Below, in pieces: positions 9,318-19,497 of a stretch of 64,000 nucleotides of DNA (its first letter is position 1; each line of letters opens with the position of its first letter). The translations under genes and the position numbers were made by a program. This stretch comes from Gammaproteobacteria bacterium. GTDB lineage: Bacteria > Pseudomonadota > Gammaproteobacteria > Eutrophobiales > Eutrophobiaceae. The stretch is taken from contig CBDCTH010000012.1 in the NCBI GenBank assembly GCA_965222155.1, forward strand, positions 448,001 through 512,000, written 5' to 3'. The notes beneath the pieces are model-generated. The model was not told the DNA's origin and ran no database searches. It saw only the letters and a list, made by a program, of their open reading frames with translations.

Positions 9318-9420
9318 AAAAAGGGGGTTTTAAGGAGAAATAACAGGCATAGATGGCACATAAACTGAACTGAAACAAATAGTTAGGCAGGTCCGACCCT
9401 ATCCTGACTATCCTGATAGA
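9318..9420 (+). repeat. divergent right end of the RAYT-derived element
   Basis: aaggggttttaagga..ataacag.cata..ataaact...ggtccgaccct aligns with 19962-20043 and is followed by a ctatcctga stutter. Confidence 0.65.
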
Positions 9421-9466
9421 GTAGTCGAACCGGAAGTGCCGCATTACAAAACGAGGATAAAACGAT

Positions 9467-10153
9467 ATGGGTGGGTTAGTGATGGTCCGTAATTTTTTTA
9501 GCAGTGTCGTCCTGTCACTATTTTGCCCTGCTTTGTATGCAGAAGATTGGGTGCCGGTGTATGAGGAACCGCGGCACAAACTGGCGTTTGAGAATGATCA
9601 TGCCATGATCCTGAATGTTAATTTACCACCCGGTTATGTGAGTCTCTACCATGAACATAAGATTGACCTGCTTTACGTCACGATAGTGGGGACGAAAGTA
9701 TGGGCAGAACCCCTGGGTGGGGAAAGAAGAGAGGCAGACGTTAAAACCGGTGATTTGAGATTCAGTTCTGATAACCACGGCTTACCTCACGTCCATCGTG
9801 TGGGGAATATCGGTACAACCCCCTTCCATGTTATTGGCATCGGCATTAAGGACAGCATATCTAATGACACGACGGCACTGGAGGGCAATACCAGTGCTAT
9901 GACTTTGGTCATGGAAAAACCCCATGCCAGTGTCTACCGGGTCCGGTTGCAGCCGGGAGAGAAAACGGGGCTCCATACGCATCACCTTCCCTATACGAAG
10001 GTTTATCTGTCCGTTGGGAACGTATTGGATAGCAACGGAAATATGCAGCAGGTCGAGGCCGGTGATTTTCTCTGGCAGGCGGGTGGTGCGAGTCACGGCT
10101 ATGAAAACGCGGGTGATAACGAAATTACGATTATAGAAATGCTGTGGCGATGA
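9467..10153 (+). CDS. exported bicupin-like protein
   Basis: Signal peptide, two cupin-type motif pairs (PPGYVSLYHEH...HRVGN and QPGEKTGLHTH...HGYEN). Confidence 0.75.
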   Translation: MGGLVMVRNFFSSVVLSLFCPALYAEDWVPVYEEPRHKLAFENDHAMILNVNLPPGYVSLYHEHKIDLLYVTIVGTKVWAEPLGGERREADVKTGDLRFSSDNHGLPHVHRVGNIGTTPFHVIGIGIKDSISNDTTALEGNTSAMTLVMEKPHASVYRVRLQPGEKTGLHTHHLPYTKVYLSVGNVLDSNGNMQQVEAGDFLWQAGGASHGYENAGDNEITIIEMLWR

Positions 10154-10169
10154 CAGGCACAAACAGAGG

Positions 10170-10300
10170 TGGAGCAAAAAGCTGTTGGTTGTGGTGCTGT
10201 TTGATGAATTCGAGTTGCTGGATGTATTCGGCCCACTCGAAATGTACGGCATGGTGCCCGAGAGTATTGAGATCTGTATGGTCGCAGAAAATCCCGGCGA
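10170..10300 (+). pseudogene. DJ-1/PfpI family N-terminal remnant
   Basis: Frameshifted KAVG/VVLFDEFELLDVFGPLEMYG. Confidence 0.7.
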
Positions 10301-10334
10301 ACTGGGACCCTTTCGCTAAAGTTTATGGTCTGAT

Positions 10335-10450
10335 CTAAGGGATGAATACTTGAACAGTCATGAGTTTGGATCGCTCGAGGTTGCACGTCGGAAGATCGAA
10401 GCTTGGCGGATCGACTATAATGACCATCGGCCGCACAGTTTTCTGGGCAT
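10335..10450 (+). mobile_element. IS3-family transposase C-terminal remnant
   Basis: LRDEYLNSHEFGSLEVARRKIEAWRIDYNDHRPHSFLG. Confidence 0.8.
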
Positions 10451-10564
10451 CGATATCGATGTGGCATGAACCGTGAACTGCATTGGTCGGATGGTGACGC
10501 ATCATAGTCAGATAGCGCTAACAGATAGTTGCAAATTTATAGAATCCCGTTACCTTATACACCG

Positions 10565-11212
10565 ATGAATATCCAGCCTGATCCAGCTAAAGTATCCGCC
10601 CTGTCACCGGGAACGGCAGTTTATTCCAAGGGCAGACAAAAACTGCATGAAATACTCAAGGTAGCCACAGAGGTACTTGCTTTCAAAGGCTACAGCGCGT
10701 TTACCATGCGTAATATCGCATCGAGGCTGGGCATTACCCACAGAAACCTCCAATACTATTTTAAAACAAAGAGCAGCCTGTTCCAGGCAGTGGTCGAATA
10801 CATGATCGAACTGGAACTGCAGACTGCTCGTGAAGCCGTTGACAGGGAAGATTTGACCCCGGAAGATAAGTTCAGCGCCTTCATCAAGTACAGCATACGG
10901 GATAATGAAATCCCACTTATCCGCGGTTTTCAGTTTGAGCTCTGGGCATTGGCCACCCGCGATAAGTTCGCGGCCGAATGCCGGGACAGGACGACGAATG
11001 CGTACTGTGATTTTATCGTGTCATTGATCGAACCTCTAACGCCACGGTTAAGCGAAGCAGAACGAAATTCAAAGGCCGCCATTATTCTTTCCCTGTTACA
11101 GGGATCTCCCCTGATTACCAATCTTGGTGGAAACGGCAGTGTTGACATTGAGAATATCGAGCAAAGTTTCCTGGATGAAGCCTTTGCCATCCTCACCTTT
11201 TCCAGCTCCTGA
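10565..11212 (+). CDS. TetR/AcrR family transcriptional regulator
   Basis: N-terminal HTH GYSAFTMRNIASRLGITHRNLQYYFKTK. Confidence 0.92.
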   Translation: MNIQPDPAKVSALSPGTAVYSKGRQKLHEILKVATEVLAFKGYSAFTMRNIASRLGITHRNLQYYFKTKSSLFQAVVEYMIELELQTAREAVDREDLTPEDKFSAFIKYSIRDNEIPLIRGFQFELWALATRDKFAAECRDRTTNAYCDFIVSLIEPLTPRLSEAERNSKAAIILSLLQGSPLITNLGGNGSVDIENIEQSFLDEAFAILTFSSS

Positions 11213-11277
11213 TTGTCGCAGCGGTAGCCCTGGCCGTCTCAACTCTGAATACCCGGGACTCGCAGGGAAATTTTTTC

Positions 11278-11323
11278 TTGACCTTTTTCTACACTCGGCT
11301 AAAATTAGCCTAACGGCTAATAA
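11278..11323 (+). promoter_or_regulatory. promoter with overlapping palindromic operator (copy 1)
   Basis: TTGACC-16-TAAAAT overlapped by ggctaaaattagcctaacggctaa. A near-identical copy lies at 17564-17610. Confidence 0.75.
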
Positions 11324-11347
11324 TGTGATGTAGTTCGCTTATTACAC

Positions 11348-11695
11348 ATGAAAGACAAATATGAACTCTATGATCTCAAAGTGGAAGTCATAGCCGATGA
11401 TGACGGCAAGCCCATGGTGTGCCAACACAAGGAGGGTGACTATTTTACCGTCACTGATGATGATCTCATCGAATTCCCTCCTGGTGTGCGTTTTCCCATG
11501 TATTCACTGGCAGCGATTCTACCCCTGCTACCGGCCAAACAACGGGAAACGCAAAAATTCGACTGGATGAGTACCGATGCCGTCATCGCCTGTCCGGACC
11601 CCAACTGTGGTGGACGTTTTCTTATCACTCGCGGGGAGAAGCGTGTATACCGCCACAGCGAGAATACCCTGACTCCCACACCTGAGGGCGATTAA
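11348..11695 (+). CDS. TIGR04076 family protein
   Basis: ELYDLKVEV, CxHxxGDYF, YSLAAILPLLPAKQR and IACPDPNC motifs. Confidence 0.85.
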   Translation: MKDKYELYDLKVEVIADDDGKPMVCQHKEGDYFTVTDDDLIEFPPGVRFPMYSLAAILPLLPAKQRETQKFDWMSTDAVIACPDPNCGGRFLITRGEKRVYRHSENTLTPTPEGD

Positions 11696-11783
11696 CTAAT
11701 ATGAAACTTTTTTTTACAGTGCGTGGGACGGTGTCCGGTAAATTGTGAACATTGACCATTCGTGATATAGGAGGGGAAAAGAA

Positions 11784-14049
11784 ATGCCAGTCATAAACAA
11801 AACCATTTTCAGTTGTGTTGCCGCTTTACTTGTTTCTGTCTTGAGCGTACCGCTTGTCACCGTGCAGGCCCAGAACAACAATAATGAACTGGTCCTGGAG
11901 GAAATCGTGGTCACGGCACGCAAACGCGAGGAAAATCTGCAGGATGCGCCCATCTCCATCACAACATTCAGCGCTGAAGATATCGAGGCGCGTCACATAT
12001 TGAATATAGGAGATGTCGGTCAATTTACTCCGAACCTGCAGTTCAACCAGGTCGCACCTAACTCCGGCTTTGCCAATTCTTCAGACATCTCCATACGCGG
12101 TATCGGATAAAGTGATTTTGTACTTGTCATCGATCCGGGTGTAGGGATATTTCTTGATGGCCTATACATCAGTCGATCGGTGGGCGCCCTTCTCGATACC
12201 GTGGACGTGGGTAGCATCGAAGTCCTGAAAGGCCCTCAGGGGACAATTTTCGGCAAGAACACTATCGGTGGAGCGTTGGTCATCAACTCCGCCAAACCCA
12301 GCCAGACGCCCGGCGCTTCCATGAGTGTTACCACCGGCAGATATGATCGACTTGATTTTCGCGGCAGCTTCAATGTTCCGCTATCCGAAAACCTGGCCGT
12401 TCGCGGCAATATCTCGCGCCAGAGGCGTGACGGGCACCTGACTCATCTTACCACTGGAGAGAAACAAGGTAACAAGGATTCCGTTGCAGGACGGTTTTCG
12501 GCACTCTGGACACCAACGGAAGACTTTGAACTGCTTGTAGCCGTTGACGGCAGTACGGCCAATGAACAGGGCCCTAATGTACTGAATATTACTATGAGTG
12601 ATAGCCCGGCGACGGATGGCGTATTTGGGAGATTGCATAATTCGCTGTTCAGTGGTAATCCGCTGGTCTGTGACAATGCCAATGCCGACCCGGCGCGCTT
12701 TATGACGCCGGAATGTTACAACAGCCAGTACGCCGCGCCGGACAAGGAGAGTAATTATGCAACAGGCCCGAATGTATCCGACGTGGATATCTGGGGTGTC
12801 ATGGGTAATGCCTCATACAGGATAAACGACAACGTTTCAATAAAATCCATTACGGCTTACAGAGAGATATCCGGGTTCTCAGGACGCGATCTCGACAGCA
12901 CGCCAGTCTTCATCTGGAACAACGATATCACTTATGATCAGCAGCAGTTCAGTCAGGAGATCCAGTTAACCGGTACGGGCTTCGATGATCGTCTGAATTG
13001 GTTGCTCGGCGCATTTTATATGAGAGAAGAAGGTGACAGCGCCGATACGGTTTCCATTAATATTGGAACCCTTTTCTCCGGAGGAGCCATCGATAACGAC
13101 ACCTGGGCGGTCTTTACCTAGTTGAATTATGACGTCACCGAACGCATTACCCTGAATTTTGGCGCCCGTTACACGGACGAGACAAAACGCTGGACACCTG
13201 ATCAGAGTTTTGGCGGAGCGCCGCTGCTGCCCAATGTGGAAGCTACTACCGGCGGAAGTGAATTCACACCCGCGGTGACCCTTCAGTACGCCTTCACTGA
13301 TGATATTAACGGTTATTTTACCTATTCAAAGGGTTTCAAGGGGGGAGGCTATACTCAACGTATAGGTCCGCCCGGCATACGACCTGCGCCGGGACAGGAT
13401 CCAAGAGAAGTCATTCCCACATTCAAACCGGAATTCGCGGAAAACTTTGAAGTCGGATTTAAAAGTGAACTATTCAACCGCCGAGTGCGTCTCAATGGCG
13501 CCGTTTTTTATACCGATTACACGGATCTTCAGATTAATGTGCGCATCGGTTTTGTCCCGACGGTACGCAACGCCGGGGATGTTGAACTCTACGGTGGTGA
13601 GCTCGAATTTGAAGCGCTGGCGACAGACTGGCTAAGGCTGAATGGTGGTCTCGGTTATGTCAGCCACGAATTCGAAAGAGTTGGCGCTGACGCCGTGGGA
13701 ATAACGATTGATAGTAAACTACCCAATGCTCCCGAACTTTCCGGTACAGTCGGATTTACCGTTTATGGACACTCTTGCCCTCAAGATTCGGGGTGATCTT
13801 TCCTACAAGAGCAGTATGTACAAGGATTCCGCCAACACCCGCATATTGAAGGAGAACGGCACTACGCTCATCAACCTGTCGGCGAAGTTGTCCCACATCA
13901 ATTCGGGCTGGCACATGATCGCCGGCGGCACCAACATTACTAATCGGAAGTACATAACTTCCGGTCTGCTATCGGGCGGTGGCGGTTACACCTCGGCCAC
14001 TTTCTCCCGCGGCGCCGAATGGTACCTGAGCCTCGGTTACGAGTTCTAA
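11784..14049 (+). pseudogene. TonB-dependent receptor, disrupted
   Basis: LEEIVVTARKREENLQD, IEVLKGPQGT and C-terminal YEF. In-frame TAA at 12108-12110, in-frame TAG at 13119-13121, frameshift near 13760. Confidence 0.92.
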
Positions 14050-14060
14050 AATGACAACGA

Positions 14061-14093
14061 ACTGCCGCCCGAAGGAACAGGGCGGCAGTAGTT
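14061..14093 (+). terminator. GC-rich stem-loop after the receptor gene
   Basis: actgccgccc/gggcggcagt 10-bp stem with only a weak U-tract. Confidence 0.45.
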
Positions 14094-14208
14094 TGCAGGG
14101 AAAAGGACCCTGAGGTTTATCTTTTGTCGGATGTATTTCGTTTCCATAGTTATTATCATTCAAATATGGTGATTGCCAGGCCACGAGACAATTGCCAAAT
14201 CCGTAATC

Positions 14209-15570
14209 ATGAGCGCAACTGCAGCAAGTCTGGCTAATCACCAGCGCCCTCCCTTAAGGTACGCGTGGTATGTGGTTTTCATATTAATTCTGGCTTATAT
14301 CACCGCCTTTCTGGACCGGTTGATCCTAAGCCTGCTGGTGGACCCCATCCGTGAAGACCTGAATATCAGTGATTTTCAGATCGGTCTGCTGCAGGGCTTT
14401 GCCTTTGCCCTGTTCTATTCACTTTGCATCCTGCCTGCAGGCTGGCTCATTGACCGATACAACCGGCGCAACCTGCTGCTAGCCGGTATATTCATCTGGT
14501 CCATGATGACCATAGCGTGTGGCCTGTCGAAGAATTTCGAACAGCTCTTCCTCGCCCGTATGGGTGTGGGGATCGGTGAAGCGGTACTCAATCCCGTTGC
14601 CTATTCACTCATCTGCGATTACTTCCCGAAGAAGAAGTGGCCGGCGGCTATCGGTGTGTACTCTGTGGGAGGCGCCATAGGCGCTGGTCTTGCTTATATG
14701 TTCGGCGCGGCGGCTGCCACGGTCACCCTGACCATGGGAGCGGGTCAGGAGTTTCCTATTGTGGGCTATGTCGCTGCCTGGCAAGCGCCTTTTATTATTG
14801 TCGGCGCGCCGGGCCTCATTGTTGTCCTGCTGTGCATGACTATTGCCGAACCGATTCGCGGTATACAGGAAGCGATCAGGACGACAGGTGAGAAACTGTT
14901 GCCGTTTTTCCGTGAGCGCTGGCGGTTATGTATATGCTATTGTCTTGGCATCGGACTTCTCAATGCCTTCAGCTATGCCAACTTTTCCTGGATTCCTACT
15001 TATTTTGATCGCATTCATGGATGGCCGACTAACGAAACGGCCATCTACCTGGGTATCCTCATGCTCACTTTCGGTACCGCGGGCATCCTGTCCGGTGGTT
15101 ACGGCGCCATCTACCTGCAAAAGTACTTCAGGGACTCCACTCTACGCCTGGCAATGTTCACTGCCATTCTGCTGGGGCCTCTTAGCGTTACTGCCGCACT
15201 CATTTCAAACCCCTGGATATCGCTGGCCCTTTACGCCCCGGTCTTTTACTTCATGACAGCCTTTGTCTCCCTCGGGCCTACAAGCATTCAGTTGGTTACC
15301 CCCACAGAGTTCAGAGGCAGAGTGACGGCCTTTGCGCTGCTGGGCACAAACATACTTGCGATCTCCATTGGGCCGGTTTCCGTAGCTACAGTAACCGATT
15401 ATCTTTTTCATGATGACATGATGGTGCATAAATCCCTGGCCATTGCCGCTGGAGGTCTGGCCCTGTTCTCGGCCCTGTTCCTATACCTGGGGCTGAAACC
15501 CTACCGCAGGGCACTGGACCTGGCAGCGCAGAAGGAAGAACCGCCATCACCGGAACTCAGCCGTGCCTGA
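14209..15570 (+). CDS. MFS transporter (spinster-like)
   Basis: FLDRLILSLL, GWLIDRYNRR and ARMGVGIGEA motifs, ~12 transmembrane segments. Confidence 0.92.
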   Translation: MSATAASLANHQRPPLRYAWYVVFILILAYITAFLDRLILSLLVDPIREDLNISDFQIGLLQGFAFALFYSLCILPAGWLIDRYNRRNLLLAGIFIWSMMTIACGLSKNFEQLFLARMGVGIGEAVLNPVAYSLICDYFPKKKWPAAIGVYSVGGAIGAGLAYMFGAAAATVTLTMGAGQEFPIVGYVAAWQAPFIIVGAPGLIVVLLCMTIAEPIRGIQEAIRTTGEKLLPFFRERWRLCICYCLGIGLLNAFSYANFSWIPTYFDRIHGWPTNETAIYLGILMLTFGTAGILSGGYGAIYLQKYFRDSTLRLAMFTAILLGPLSVTAALISNPWISLALYAPVFYFMTAFVSLGPTSIQLVTPTEFRGRVTAFALLGTNILAISIGPVSVATVTDYLFHDDMMVHKSLAIAAGGLALFSALFLYLGLKPYRRALDLAAQKEEPPSPELSRA

Positions 15571-17548
15571 TAGCTCAAGAATAAAGATAACGATCAATGA
15601 ACGAGCAGTTATCGCCGATGGGATGGAATTCGGGGCCAGCGGCGCCTATGAAAGATGTCAAGGGAAGGCCAATTTCACTATTCACCCTGAATATCACGGC
15701 TTTTCTCAAATCGTCGACCTGGCTCACGCGGAGTATAACAACGAAGGCTGCGTGGAGTTTTCCACGGACCTCTGCATATTAAAACCCCTCGACCTGGTCC
15801 GAGGGAACCGACGTTTGCTCTATGATGTAGTTAACCGGGGTAATAAGCGTGTGCTGGTGGATTTCAATGAGGCAATGGAAGGTGAGAACAATTGTCTTGC
15901 CAATGATCTTTCAGGACGAGCAGCGCTGGGCAACGGTTTCCTGTTACGCCAGGGCTACACTATTGTCTGGTCGGCCTGGCAGGGTGACATCCAGGCTGGC
16001 AATCATCGCATGAGCATGGACTTGCCCCATGCCAGGGGAATCAAAGGACAGTTGAGGACGGAACTCATTACCGAGGAATCCAATGTACATTTTCTGCCCC
16101 TGAGTGGTAACCCCTGGACGCGGAGTTATGAAAGCGTATCCCTGGATACGACGCTGGCCACCCTGACCTGGCGCGAACATGAAAATGATCAACGCACGCC
16201 CTTGTCACCCGATGCCTGGCAATTTGGCTATCCGGACGACCAGGGGAACATAGTCCCTTCGGCAGGTCACTGTTACATAAAACAAGGATTTAAACCGGGG
16301 TGGCTTTATGAACTTATCTATACGGCTTGTGAACCGCCGGTTATGGGTCTGGGATTTATCGGTGTGCAACAGCTGGTTTCCTTTCTCATGTCCGGGGAAG
16401 ATGATGATTCCGGTAATCAAAACCCCCTGTATGACAGCAGGGCAAGACTGGAGAAAGCCTATGCCTACGGCATCTCTCAAAGCGCCCGCTTCCTGCGGGA
16501 GTTTGTCTACAGGGGTTATAACGCAAGTCCGAACGGCCGGAGAGTCTTTGACGGCATACTGGCCCATGTGGCCGGGGCGGGACGTGTGGTGCTTAACTAC
16601 CGCTTTGCCCAGCCCGGCCGCTTCCCCAGACAACATGCGGATCATCTTTATCCCTCAGACCAGTTTCCCTTCGCCTACCAGGTTATCAATGATCCGCTGT
16701 CGGGCAGGACCGATGGCATATTGAAGCGGCCCGACACGGACCCCCAGGTGATACACAGCCAGACATCGGCGGAATACTGGGAGAGAAGAGGTTCTCTGGT
16801 GCATACGGATCCCCTCGGTAATGACCTGCCGTCTCATGAGACGGCCAGGGTTTATCTGTTTTCTTCCGCACCCCATGTACCCTGTCCTGAAGCCAGCCTG
16901 GTTGCCGATGCCCAGGCCTATTCAAAGAACCGGCTCAATACCACACCCCTGCTACGGGCTCTGCTTGTGGCCCTGGATGAGTGGGTGACAGAAGGAATCG
17001 AACCACCGCCGGATAACGTTCCTCGAGCGGATGATGGTACAGCCGTGACAGCGGAACAGGCCAGGGAATTGTTTCCCTGTATAAACGATGTACGGTTTCC
17101 AGGCAGCCACAACCGGCTTTTCATCCAGGATTTCGGTCCGGGTTACGAACACGGCCTGATGGACCGGGAGCCGCCGGAGGAAGATAGACAGCGGGAATAT
17201 ACTGTACTCGTTCCAAAGACTGATGCTGACGGCCTGGAAATCGCCGGTCTGCGCATTCCTGACGTGGAAGTTCCCCTGGCCACTTGTACGGGCTGGAACA
17301 TGCGGCCACCGGGGCGTGCGGGCAATGATCAGTCCGGTGTGTTGGGAGGCCGGTTTTCCTTCGCCGCAACGGAAGAGGAACGAATAAATAACGGCGACCC
17401 ACGGCCTTCCATTGAATCCCGATACAGGAACCATGAAGAATATTTTCAGCGCGTCAGGGAAGCTGTACAGAATCTGGTCAACCGACGGTTGTTACTGGAT
17501 GATGACGCCGAGGGGTATATCACGGCGGCAGAAGAAACCGGGAAGTGA
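15563..17548 (+). CDS. alpha/beta hydrolase domain protein (Abhydrolase_10-like)
   Basis: YDVVNRG, GISQSARFLR nucleophile elbow, EYWERRGSL, GDPRPSIESRY. Confidence 0.85.
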   Translation: MPDSSRIKITINERAVIADGMEFGASGAYERCQGKANFTIHPEYHGFSQIVDLAHAEYNNEGCVEFSTDLCILKPLDLVRGNRRLLYDVVNRGNKRVLVDFNEAMEGENNCLANDLSGRAALGNGFLLRQGYTIVWSAWQGDIQAGNHRMSMDLPHARGIKGQLRTELITEESNVHFLPLSGNPWTRSYESVSLDTTLATLTWREHENDQRTPLSPDAWQFGYPDDQGNIVPSAGHCYIKQGFKPGWLYELIYTACEPPVMGLGFIGVQQLVSFLMSGEDDDSGNQNPLYDSRARLEKAYAYGISQSARFLREFVYRGYNASPNGRRVFDGILAHVAGAGRVVLNYRFAQPGRFPRQHADHLYPSDQFPFAYQVINDPLSGRTDGILKRPDTDPQVIHSQTSAEYWERRGSLVHTDPLGNDLPSHETARVYLFSSAPHVPCPEASLVADAQAYSKNRLNTTPLLRALLVALDEWVTEGIEPPPDNVPRADDGTAVTAEQARELFPCINDVRFPGSHNRLFIQDFGPGYEHGLMDREPPEEDRQREYTVLVPKTDADGLEIAGLRIPDVEVPLATCTGWNMRPPGRAGNDQSGVLGGRFSFAATEEERINNGDPRPSIESRYRNHEEYFQRVREAVQNLVNRRLLLDDDAEGYITAAEETGK

Positions 17549-17563
17549 CACCGGAGTTTTATC

Positions 17564-17610
17564 TTGAAATATCGTTACAGTTGGCTAAAATTAGCCTACT
17601 GGCGAATAAA
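17564..17610 (+). promoter_or_regulatory. promoter with overlapping palindromic operator (copy 2)
   Basis: TTGAAA-16-TAAAAT overlapped by ggctaaaattagcctactggcgaa. Confidence 0.75.
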
Positions 17611-17671
17611 TTTTTTGGATATCCCTTGGTACCTGGCCTGAGGACGATTAACAAAAGAGAAAACGGTAACC

Positions 17672-18814
17672 ATGGAAACAATTGAACTAAGACCCGGTTT
17701 TGCCATTCCCCGCCTGTTGAAAGGCAACTGGCAGATAGCGGAAGACCACAGCGACAGGGAGTTCGACGAAAACGGTCTGGTGGAGGATCTCATCACCTTT
17801 GCCGAAGTCGGCATGACCACTTATGTCTGTGGTGATATTTATGTGGGTGTGGAGGCAAAGCTCGGTAAATTCCGCCGAATCTATAAAGACCGTTTCGGTG
17901 AAGAGGCAGCCGGCAGGATCAAGGTCTTCACAACCTATGTGCCGTACTTCCTCGAGGAAGAAAACCTCAGGAATCACAGTTTCTCGGACGTGGAGAAGAT
18001 CATCAACCGTTCCCTGGAGCGGCTTGGTCAGGAATGCATCGACCTCATACAGATGCACTGGTGGGAATTCGCCATCCCGGGCCACGTGGACATGGCGCTG
18101 CACCTGCAGAAATTGCAGCAGGCAGGCAAGATAGACAAGCTGGCGGTGACCAATTACGACGTTGAGCACACAAAGGAGATCCTGGATGCTGGAGTCGATC
18201 TGGTTTCCAACACCGTACAGTATTCCCTCACGGACCGCCGGCCGGAGAACGGGATGGTGGACCTCTGTGCCAGACATGACATGAAACTCCTGTGTTACGG
18301 CGCCCTGGGTGGTGGACTCTTCAGTGAAAAATGGCTGGGCATTGCCGACCCGGGCACGCCGGCTTTCGAGAACGTATCCCTGGACAAGTACTACCGCATC
18401 GTCTGTGATTTTGGCGGCTGGGCACTATTCCAGGAACTGTTGCAAGTCCTCAAGGACATCGGCGCTAAACACGGTGTGAACATCGGCAACGTGGCCGTCC
18501 GTTATGTGCTGGAGCGTGACCAGGCAGGCGCCGTGATCGTTGGAGCCCGTCACACTCGTCAACTGCAGGAAAACCTGCGGGTGTTCGATTTTTCGCTGAA
18601 TGAGGAAGACTACGGAAAAATTAATGCCATACTGGTTGAAAGCACGGGTCCCAACGGAGATATCTACAGTGTAGACAGGGAGGAAAACAGGGATGCCCTG
18701 GAGGAACCGAAGACGGAGTACTTCGATGTGGAGAACGGCAGGCTGGTGCGGAAAATCCGGGAACCAGTGTCCGTGCCAGAACCCTATGGGCACCATTTAG
18801 CGGCTGAACACTGA
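17672..18814 (+). CDS. aldo/keto reductase family protein
   Basis: GNWQ, DIY, SLERLG..IDLIQMHWW, QYSLTDRRP, IVGAR. The usual catalytic Lys position reads VFTTYVP. Confidence 0.88.
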   Translation: METIELRPGFAIPRLLKGNWQIAEDHSDREFDENGLVEDLITFAEVGMTTYVCGDIYVGVEAKLGKFRRIYKDRFGEEAAGRIKVFTTYVPYFLEEENLRNHSFSDVEKIINRSLERLGQECIDLIQMHWWEFAIPGHVDMALHLQKLQQAGKIDKLAVTNYDVEHTKEILDAGVDLVSNTVQYSLTDRRPENGMVDLCARHDMKLLCYGALGGGLFSEKWLGIADPGTPAFENVSLDKYYRIVCDFGGWALFQELLQVLKDIGAKHGVNIGNVAVRYVLERDQAGAVIVGARHTRQLQENLRVFDFSLNEEDYGKINAILVESTGPNGDIYSVDREENRDALEEPKTEYFDVENGRLVRKIREPVSVPEPYGHHLAAEH

Positions 18815-18881
18815 CAGGAAATCCCGAACCTGGTTTTATGTTAAGAAGAAGACAATTATTGAAATGCAGTGCTTCGGTCAT

Positions 18882-18915
18882 AGTAATTCAGGACACCCAC
18901 AAATCATGATGGGTA
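18882..18915. repeat. ggacaccca-family repeat (direct copy 1 flanking the coiled-coil gene)
   Basis: agtaattcaggacacccacaaatca, 22/25 identical to 19473-19497 and the same family as 44204-44310. Confidence 0.7.
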
Positions 18916-19089
18916 GTGTCAATATTTTCGTTATAAATGGATAACCTGCGGCGATTTGTGATAAAATCCACAAGCTCCAGGAAAAAATGTGTGGACAGGT
19001 TCAACGCATAGAATTATATTAAAGATAACTCAGAACCGGTAGATAACGGGCACGCGCTGACTACACAAGGAGACTAAGGAAAATACATC

Positions 19090-19440
19090 ATGTCAATGGA
19101 ATTAATTGCCTTAATCGGTATCGGCGTGACGGTAATCAGTATCGGCGTTGCGCTGGCCGCTCTTATCCTGAATACTCAACGTAACCTGCGGTCTGATATG
19201 CAGGCTCAGCGGGACGAGACCCAAGCAGAATTCAAGGCCGCGCAGGCTGATATGCAGGCCCAGCGGGACGAGACGCGGGCAGAATTCAAGGCCGTGAGGA
19301 CGGAGATGCAGGCCCAGCGGGAAGTAATAATCAGTTTACTGGAACGCATGGCACACCTGGAAGGATTGCTTGAGGGTCTGCGAGAAGCGATCACAGGCCG
19401 ACGCGTGGCTGAAGATGCGGGGAAATACGATCCGCGCTGA
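19090..19440 (+). CDS. small membrane-anchored coiled-coil protein with 54-bp internal repeat
   Basis: RBS aagga, N-terminal TM helix, ~2.4 copies of DMQAQRDETxAEFKAxxx, C-terminal ERMAHLEGLLEGLRE. Confidence 0.8.
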   Translation: MSMELIALIGIGVTVISIGVALAALILNTQRNLRSDMQAQRDETQAEFKAAQADMQAQRDETRAEFKAVRTEMQAQREVIISLLERMAHLEGLLEGLREAITGRRVAEDAGKYDPR

Positions 19441-19472
19441 ACACCGGCGCCAACCTCTCGCACATTGTCCAG

Positions 19473-19497
19473 AGTAATCCGGGACACCCATAAATCA
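19473..19497. repeat. ggacaccca-family repeat (direct copy 2)
   Basis: agtaatccgggacacccataaatca. Confidence 0.7.

Noticed and set aside
11784-14049. Stop-codon recoding (TAA/TAG read as Gln) in the TonB receptor
   Set aside because: TAA and TAG end many genes normally in this window, and the gene also has a frameshift. Nonsense mutation is the simpler explanation.
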